DNA from: an uncultured Gemmatimonadales bacterium
GTDB taxonomy: Bacteria > Gemmatimonadota > Gemmatimonadetes > Longimicrobiales > Gaopeijiaceae
NCBI GenBank assembly: GCA_963823035.1
Contig: CAWGKG010000011.1
Location: 64,001-128,000, forward strand
Reading direction: 5' to 3'
Length of the DNA: 64,000 nt
Both the position numbers and the translations under genes were made by a program. A model generated the notes under the pieces. That model was given only the letters and a program-made list of their open reading frames with translations, was not told the DNA's origin and ran no database searches. Numbering within the stretch: position 1 is the first letter of the stretch; every line of letters starts with the position of its first letter. Shown here piece after piece: positions 55,573-64,000 of this stretch.

Positions 55573-57230
55573 AACGCCTGCTGCGCAGCTTCTCGGTGAT
55601 CGCGAGGTTGAGCCCGTTCGTGGTTGCGTTCCTGCGCGACCGCAAGCGGTGGATCCTCTTCGGGCCCCCGGTGCGACGAACCGCGGAGCAGCACGGCCGC
55701 CGCGCCGCGCGGCTGTCGGCGCAACTGGCGGGCCTGGGCCCGACGTTCATCAAGCTCGCCCAGCTGTTCAGCTCGCGCGCGGACATCCTCCCCGAGCCCT
55801 ACCTGTCGGAGATCGGCCGGCTGCAGGATCAGGTACCTCCCGACCGGGCGGAGGAGATCCTGCGGGTCATCCAGGAGGAGCTCGAAGCGCCCGCGGACGA
55901 GCTCTTCCAGGACTTCCAACGCGAGCCGATCGCCGCCGCCAGCCTGGGGCAGGTCCACCGGGCCCACGTCGACGGGCGCGACGTCGTGGTCAAGGTGCTG
56001 CGCCCGGGCGTGGAGGCCGCGGTCGCCCTCGATCTGGACATCTCCTTCCGGCTCCTCTTCTGGCTGAACATCCTCTTCCCGAACCACCACGTCCGGGCGG
56101 TCACCAACGTGGTGCGCGAGTTCAGCGTCCGCGTGCGTGCCGAGATGGACTTCCGCGAGGAGGCGGCCAACATGGAGCGCTTCCGGAGCTTCTTCCGGTC
56201 CGAGCGGAAGGTCCGTGCGCCGGACGTCCTGGAGCGCTTCACGACCCGGCGTGTGCTGGTCATGGAGTACTGCGAGGGAACGAAGATCGACCGGCTGCAC
56301 GAGTTGTTCCGCACCGGCAGGCTCTCGTTCAGGCAGGTCATGGAGACGCTCACGGGCGTCTACATGCGCATGATGATGGTGGACGGCTTCATGCACGCCG
56401 ACCCCCATCCGGGGAACCTCCTGGTGCAGGACGACGGCACGCTGATCGTGCTGGACTGGGGAGCCGTGCTCGAGGTGCCGCGCTGGACGCGGCAGACGAT
56501 CCTCGACATCGCGCTCGCGCTCGGCCGCGAGGACATCGACGGCGTGATCAACGGGATGTACCACCTGGGGATGATCAGCCCGGAGGTGTCACGGGGGGAG
56601 ATCCGCGAGGCCGCCACCGAGATCCTGCGCATCGTGGAGAAGGCGAAGACCACGAACCGCCAGCGCATCGTCGAGGAGATCCTCAACGCGGTGCTCGACA
56701 CCTTCTACACCTGGCCGCTCGTGCTTCCGCAGGAGCTGGTCTACTTCTTCCGGGCCTCCGCGCTGATCGAGGGGTTGGCGTTCCACTACGACGACCGCTT
56801 CGACGGCCTCGCCTTCATCCGCGGCGTCGTGCGGACGAACCAGTCGGACCTCCTCAAGATGACGGGCCACCAGCCGGCCCAGATCGCCCGCAGCTTCATC
56901 GACGAGGCGCAGCTCGCCGTGCGCCAGATGCGCGACCTGGTTACGCGGGCGGAGCGGGAGGAGCTGCGCGTCCGCGTCCACCCCCGCGACATGCAGTCGC
57001 AGGAGCGCTTCCTGCACCTGCAGGCGCGCCGCCTCCTCCTGAGCATCTTCGCGACCGCCACCGCGGTCATCAGCTCGATCCTCTTCCTGGCGCTGCGCAG
57101 CTGGTGGCTCCTGGGCGCGGGGCTGCTGACGTCCCTGGTGATGTTCGTCGTCGTGCTCTTCCTGCCCACCCACCTGCTCGAGAACCCCCTGAGACACGCG
57201 CGGGGCATCCGACCGGACGAATGGCGCTGA
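55569..57230 (+). CDS. ABC1/UbiB (AarF) family atypical kinase
   Basis: LGPTFIKLAQ, AAASLGQVH, VKVLRP, HADPHPGN, LDWG, two C-terminal TMs. Confidence 0.92.
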   Translation: MKRLLRSFSVIARLSPFVVAFLRDRKRWILFGPPVRRTAEQHGRRAARLSAQLAGLGPTFIKLAQLFSSRADILPEPYLSEIGRLQDQVPPDRAEEILRVIQEELEAPADELFQDFQREPIAAASLGQVHRAHVDGRDVVVKVLRPGVEAAVALDLDISFRLLFWLNILFPNHHVRAVTNVVREFSVRVRAEMDFREEAANMERFRSFFRSERKVRAPDVLERFTTRRVLVMEYCEGTKIDRLHELFRTGRLSFRQVMETLTGVYMRMMMVDGFMHADPHPGNLLVQDDGTLIVLDWGAVLEVPRWTRQTILDIALALGREDIDGVINGMYHLGMISPEVSRGEIREAATEILRIVEKAKTTNRQRIVEEILNAVLDTFYTWPLVLPQELVYFFRASALIEGLAFHYDDRFDGLAFIRGVVRTNQSDLLKMTGHQPAQIARSFIDEAQLAVRQMRDLVTRAEREELRVRVHPRDMQSQERFLHLQARRLLLSIFATATAVISSILFLALRSWWLLGAGLLTSLVMFVVVLFLPTHLLENPLRHARGIRPDEWR

Positions 57231-58282
57231 CCCCACCCCTGCAGGACCTCCTCGAACGCTTCCACGCCGGAAAGACCCCGGCGCTGGCCCGCGCGATCAC
57301 CACGGTGGAGAACGAGCGTGCCGGCTTCCAGGACCTCCTGCACGCCGTCCTCCAGGAAGGGCCGCGCACCGCCCGCGTCGGGTTCACGGGCCCGCCGGGC
57401 GCGGGGAAGTCCAGCCTGGTCGCCCACCTCGCCGCCGCATACCGGCAGCAGGACGAGCGGGTCGGCATCGTCGCGGTCGACCCCACCTCCCCCTACTCGG
57501 GTGGAGCGCTGCTGGGTGACCGCATCCGCATGAACGACCTGGCGATGGATCCGGGGATCTTCATCCGGTCGATGGCGACGCGCGGCTCGCTCGGCGGGCT
57601 GGCCGTGACCACCAAGGAGGTCATCGACCTCATGGACGCCTTCGGCTTCGAGCGCGTCCTCGTGGAGACGGTCGGCGTGGGCCAGACCGAGCTGGAGATC
57701 ACGGCCGCGGCGGACACCGTGATCGTGGTGCTGGTGCCCGAGTCGGGCGACGCGATCCAGGCGATGAAGGCCGGCCTCATGGAGATCGCCGACGTCTTCG
57801 TGGTGAACAAGGCCGACCGGCCGGGCGCCGACCGGCTGCTCAAGGAGATCCGCCAGGCGATCCACCTCCGCACCGGAAGCGCCCTCCGTGACGTTCCCGC
57901 GCACCACGGCGTCGACCTCACCCGCATCGCGGGCAGGAGGGCGGCGCGGCGCGCGCAGCCGGTGGAGGCGGGGTGGGAGATCCCCGTGCTCAAGACCTTC
58001 GGGCAAACGGGCGAGGGTGTACCCGAACTCGTGGAGGCGGTGGCGAAGCACCGTGCCTGGCTCGGCGAGAGCGGCGAGCTCGCCGGGCGGCGTCGGGCGC
58101 GCGCGCTGCGCAGGATCCGCGACGTGGTGGACCGCGATCTGCGGAAGGCCGCGTGGAGCTCCACGAGCTCCGCGGAGTCCCTCGAGCGCGGCCTCGACGC
58201 CATCGCCGAGGGGGAGGACACGCCCTACTCGGTGGCGCGGCGCATCCTGGACGAGCTTCTGGCCTCCGGCGAACCGCGTTGA
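57221..58282 (+). CDS. meaB: Acyl-CoA mutase-associated GTPase MeaB
   Basis: GPPGAGKSS, VDPTSP.SGGALLGDRIRM, ETVGVGQ, NKAD. Confidence 0.94.
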   Translation: MALTPPLQDLLERFHAGKTPALARAITTVENERAGFQDLLHAVLQEGPRTARVGFTGPPGAGKSSLVAHLAAAYRQQDERVGIVAVDPTSPYSGGALLGDRIRMNDLAMDPGIFIRSMATRGSLGGLAVTTKEVIDLMDAFGFERVLVETVGVGQTELEITAAADTVIVVLVPESGDAIQAMKAGLMEIADVFVVNKADRPGADRLLKEIRQAIHLRTGSALRDVPAHHGVDLTRIAGRRAARRAQPVEAGWEIPVLKTFGQTGEGVPELVEAVAKHRAWLGESGELAGRRRARALRRIRDVVDRDLRKAAWSSTSSAESLERGLDAIAEGEDTPYSVARRILDELLASGEPR

Positions 58283-58364
58283 CCCCCGTCTGGCGCGAGG
58301 GACATCTTACGGGCTCGGGGGTAGCTTCCCGTTCATCGATCCTCGCGCCAGGACCGCCTGAAAG

Positions 58365-60086
<1,722 letters not shown>

Positions 60087-60139
60087 CGGCGCCCGAACGG
60101 GTCCACTCCGAGGGGGCCGACGAGGGAACGCAGCCACCG

Positions 60140-61814
60140 GTGACGGTGCGCGGGCTGAGGGGGTTGGACTACCTCGGCGACCAGATGTACCGACGCTGGG
60201 TGCGGGTCGCGATCATCATCGCGCTCGTGGGCTATTCGCTCGTCACCCTCTTCGACCTCGTCCTCTTCGGTCCCCGCACGCGGCCGTTCGCGATCCTCAG
60301 CCAATCGATCACGATCGCCGCGACCGCAACCGCGCTCGTCCTGGCCTTCCGGGGGCGGAGTGGCACCGCCGCCGTCATCACGCTGGTCGCGATCTGGGTC
60401 GAGCTGCAGTCGAGCATCCCCTTCACCGGCATGGAGACCTCGGGGCTGATCGCCTATCCCGTCCTGGTCCTGGCGGCGGGGATCCTGCTGGGAAGCCGCG
60501 CCGGATACGGCATCGCCGGGCTGACGACCCTGAGTCTCGCGATCATGGCGATGACGCGCCGCCGCGCACCCGGAGCTGGGGACGGCCTCCGCCCGCGCCG
60601 TCTATCTGGTCGTCGTCACCTCGGCCTCGATGTTCGCCTCGGCAGGGCTCGTGGAGCTGGGGCTGGACTCACTGGGCAAGGTGCTCGTCGCCGCCCGCGC
60701 GAGCGAACAGCGCCTGCAGGGTCTCCTCTGGTACGCTCCCGACGGGGTGATCGCGACCGACGCGGGCGAGCGGATCCTGGGGATGAACCCCGCTGCGGAG
60801 GCCATCGTCGGTCGGCCCGAGGGGGAGCTCCTGGGGCGGAGGCTCGCGGACGTCATGGGCGACGCCTGCCTCGGCGACGAGGAGGACTGGCGCGCCGAGA
60901 CGCTGGTCCGGAGGACGCCCGAGGACGAGGTACGGGCCCTGCGGCTGCTCCGTCCCGAGGGGAGCGTGCGCTGGGTGGAGTGCACGGTGGGCAGGGTGCC
61001 CTGGGACGACGGTTCCTCCGGCCTCCAGGTCGTCCTGCGCGACGTGACCGACCGCCGCCAGGCGGAGGAGGCGCAGCATCTGCTGCGCTCCCAGCTCGAG
61101 CACGCACAGCGCCTCGAGGCGGTCGGGCGCCTCGCCGGCGGGGTCGCGCACGAGTTCAACAACATCCTCACCATCGTCGGTGGGGCGGCGGAGCTGCTCA
61201 CCTCGGAGGGCGACGGCGAGGTCCAGGAGTTGGCGCGCGAGATCGTGGCCGCGCAGGGGCGGGGTGCGTCGCTGACGAAGCAGCTCCTGTCCTTCGCCCG
61301 CAAGGACCTCATCCAGCCTCGCCGCATGGCCCTCACGGAGGCGGTCCGTGACATGGAGGCGCTCCTCCGTCGCTTCCTGACCGAGCGCATCCGGTTCACG
61401 CTCGACCTCGCGAGCAGTTCGCCCATGATCGTCGCCGACCGCGCGCAGGTGGAGCAGGTGATCGTGAATCTGGTCCTCAACGCCAAGGACGCCATCCAGG
61501 GGGACGGGAGCGTGACCGTGGGTATCGCGGACCAGGGGACGGAGCGCACGTGGGCGGACGAGAGGGCGTGGACGGTGGAGCCGGGCACCATCGAGCTGTG
61601 GGTCGAGGACGACGGCCGCGGCATGGACGAGGATACGCGCGAGCGCGTCTTCGAGCCGTTCTTCACCACGAAGCCGCGCGGCCACGGCACCGGGCTCGGA
61701 CTGGCGACGGTGCACGGGATCGTGATCCAGAACGGTGGACGGATCCGCGTTCTCAGCGAGCCCGGCGTCGGGACCGCCGTGGTGGTCGTCTGGCCGACGA
61801 CGATGGGCGATTGA
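60140..61814 (+). CDS. Membrane PAS-domain sensor histidine kinase (+1 frameshift near 60557)
   Basis: About six TMs, PAS (APDGV...NPAAE), [11 protein letters not shown]-box, [26 protein letters not shown]. Confidence 0.88.
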
Positions 61815-61816
61815 AC

Positions 61817-62551
61817 GTGGCGCGCACGGCTCTGCGGGCGGTGCTCTTCGACGCCGGGAACACGCTCGTCTACGTGGACCCCCGCAGGGTGGGCCCGCTC
61901 CTCGCCGACGGGGGCGGGTACGGGGACCTCGATTCGGTGCGCGCGGCCGAGCTGGAGGCCCGCCGCCTCCTCCAGGCGCGCATCGCGGAAGGTCACGTCG
62001 GCACGGAGCCGGAGGTCTGGCGGGAGTACTTCGACACCCTCTTCCGCGCCGCCCACGTCCCCGACGAGGCGATCGCCCAGGTGGGTCGCCGGCTGCGGGA
62101 CATGCACGCTCGCGAGCACCTGTGGACGTACGTCGAGGAGGGGACGCGCCCCGCGCTCGAAGCGCTCGCGGAGGCGGGCTATCGCCTCGGCGTCATCTCC
62201 AACGCGGACGGGCGGGTGGAAGACGTCCTGGAGCGCGTGGGTCTGGGGGACCTCTTCGAGTTCGTCCTGGACTCCGAGGTGGTCGGCGCCGCGAAGCCCG
62301 ATCCACGGATCTTCGAGGAGGCGTGCCGCCGGCTCGGGCTGGAGGCGGGGGCGTGCCTCTACGTCGGCGACCTCTATCCGGTGGACTACCTGGGGGCGAC
62401 CCGCGCCGGGATGGACGCCGTCCTCCTCGACCCGCTCGGCCTCCACGCCGGCCGGGCTCCCGTGGTCCGAACGCTCGTGGAGCTCCCCCGGTTCGTCGCG
62501 GCCCGCGCCGTCGACGGCGCCGGATTTCCTCCCCCGGCGGACGGGCCGTAG
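61817..62551 (+). CDS. HAD-family hydrolase
   Basis: [21 protein letters not shown]...D...GA..AG. Confidence 0.9.
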   Translation: MARTALRAVLFDAGNTLVYVDPRRVGPLLADGGGYGDLDSVRAAELEARRLLQARIAEGHVGTEPEVWREYFDTLFRAAHVPDEAIAQVGRRLRDMHAREHLWTYVEEGTRPALEALAEAGYRLGVISNADGRVEDVLERVGLGDLFEFVLDSEVVGAAKPDPRIFEEACRRLGLEAGACLYVGDLYPVDYLGATRAGMDAVLLDPLGLHAGRAPVVRTLVELPRFVAARAVDGAGFPPPADGP

Positions 62552-62592
62552 ATTCTCCCACGTCGCAACCCATCGAGCACGGAGCGGACGCA

Positions 62593-63006
62593 ATGTCCGA
62601 AGACCGCAAGATCCGCGTCCTCGTCGCGAAACCCGGCCTGGACGGTCACGACCGTGGCGCGAAGGTCATCGCCGCCGCGTTTCGTGACGCCGGATTCGAA
62701 GTCATCTACACGGGCCTGCACCAGACACCCGAGATGATCGTGAACGCCGCCGTCCAGGAGGATGTCGACGTGGTGGCCATGTCGGTGCTCTCCGGCGCCC
62801 ACATGACGCTCTTCCCGCGCGTGAAGGATCTCCTCGGCGAAGCGGGCGCGGACCAGGTTCTCCTCACGGGCGGTGGCATCATCCCCGAGGACGACGCGAA
62901 GGCCCTGGAGGCGAAGGGGATCGGCCGGCTCTTCGGGCCGGGCACGCCCACCTCGGACGCGATCGACTACGTGCGCGCGTGGTTCGGGTCGAGGGAGACC
63001 GTCTGA
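62593..63006 (+). CDS. Acyl-CoA mutase small (cobalamin-binding) subunit
   Basis: [12 protein letters not shown] (DxHxxG), SVLSGAH, GGIIP, FGPGT. Confidence 0.94.
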   Translation: MSEDRKIRVLVAKPGLDGHDRGAKVIAAAFRDAGFEVIYTGLHQTPEMIVNAAVQEDVDVVAMSVLSGAHMTLFPRVKDLLGEAGADQVLLTGGGIIPEDDAKALEAKGIGRLFGPGTPTSDAIDYVRAWFGSRETV

Positions 63007-64000
63007 GCGCTCCCGGAGGGGTCGCGGCGCCGCGTGGGCGGCTGGCCGAGCTGTGTGCCGAGCTGCAGGACCTCCGCGTCCGCCTGCGCGAGGGAGGCGG
63101 CGCGAAGCGCATCGAGCGCCAGCATGCCCAGGGCAAGCTCACCGCACGCGAGCGGGTAGCCCTCCTGCTCGACGAGGACCAGCCCTGGGTCGAGGTCGGC
63201 CTCCTGGTCGCCCACGACCTCTACGACGGAGACGCGCCCGGCGCCGGCGTGGTGACCGGGGTGGGGCGCATCCATGGGCGCGAGGCCGTCGTGGTGGCCA
63301 ACGACGCCACGGTGAAGGCCGGCTCGTGGTGGCCCGAGACGATCAAGAAGATGCTGCGCGCGCAGGAGATCGCCATGCGCTGCCGCATCCCGATCGTGTA
63401 CCTGGTGGACTCCGCGGGCGTGAACCTCCCCTACCAGGGCGGCGTCTTCCCCGGGCAGTACGGGGCGGCGCGCATCTTCTACTACAACTCGGTGATGCGC
63501 CGCTACCTGCGCGTGCCGCAGCTGGCCGCGGTGATGGGCCCGTGCATCGCGGGCGGCGCGTACCTCCCCGCGCTGTCCGACGTGATCCTGATGGTCGAGG
63601 GCACGTCGTTCATGGGGCTCGGCGGCCCCAACCTGGTGAAGGGCGCCACGGGTCAGTCCGTCGGGGCCGAGGAGTTGGGCGGCGCGCGCGTGCACACCGA
63701 GGTGAGCGGCGTCGCGCACTACCGCATGGAGAGCGACGAGGCGTGCCTGGCCCGCCTCCGGCAGCTCGTGGCGGAGCTGCCGCGCCAGCCGCACCCCGAG
63801 GAGGAGGCGCCCACGCCTCCACGGCGCAGCGCCCTCGAGCTGTACGATCTCCTCCCCGACGACCACCGTCTGCCCTACGACACACACGCCGTCCTGGAGT
63901 GCATCCTCGACGGCGACGCCCTGGACGAGTTCCAGCCCGGGCACGCCAAGGAGATGATCTGCGGTACCGGCTTCGTCGACGGCATCCCCGTCGGGGTGAT
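63003..64000 (+). CDS. Acyl-CoA carboxylase carboxyltransferase, methylcrotonyl-CoA-carboxylase-beta-like (runs off the window)
   Basis: Translated by hand: [52 protein letters not shown]. Start is CTG 63003 or GTG 62979. Confidence 0.88.
   Translation, partial: MSAPGGVAAPRGRLAELCAELQDLRVRLREGGGAKRIERQHAQGKLTARERVALLLDEDQPWVEVGLLVAHDLYDGDAPGAGVVTGVGRIHGREAVVVANDATVKAGSWWPETIKKMLRAQEIAMRCRIPIVYLVDSAGVNLPYQGGVFPGQYGAARIFYYNSVMRRYLRVPQLAAVMGPCIAGGAYLPALSDVILMVEGTSFMGLGGPNLVKGATGQSVGAEELGGARVHTEVSGVAHYRMESDEACLARLRQLVAELPRQPHPEEEAPTPPRRSALELYDLLPDDHRLPYDTHAVLECILDGDALDEFQPGHAKEMICGTGFVDGIPVGV

Noticed and set aside
55649..58282. 877-aa ORF suggesting an N-terminally extended MeaB
   Set aside because: The upstream part is an alternative frame of the ABC1 kinase. 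MeaB begins at ATG 57221.

Overview
High-GC bacterial chromosomal segment made mostly of housekeeping genes. Gene content and order suggest Gemmatimonadota, but that is inference from recall, not a search. Contents: ftsY-recG-asnS; mazG/alr-cdd; a lipoprotein plus beta-barrel pair; mtaB-miaB-lapA-comEC-fbp; a ~1000-aa acidic Ig-repeat surface lipoprotein behind a sigma54/IHF-like promoter; a minus-strand truA-tal-htrA-purB-purC-psd-pssA-purSQLF-add run; a trp cluster interrupted by a divergent lexA and by a HEAT-repeat/HD-GYP gene pair; rqcH; panBC-yqeK-lytR_C-lepB; rlmN; aspS-phoH-7TM-HDIG-ybeY-mgtE-ubiB-like; and a B12 acyl-CoA mutase cluster with isobutyryl-CoA-mutase-type residues. I recognised no rRNA, tRNA, CRISPR array, integrase or transposase. 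About two dozen apparent frameshifts can all be read as +1 insertions, mostly two synonymous third-position bases written one after the other, which points to a mixed-strain consensus artefact rather than pseudogenes. Best candidates for new biology: (1) the HEAT/HD-GYP pair, which shares an unnamed N-terminal domain and sits inside the trp operon; (2) a tandem direct-repeat LexA operator between lexA and trpC; (3) the sigma54-driven S-layer-like lipoprotein; (4) a 9-nt-periodic palindrome with an alternative pairing partner upstream of panB.
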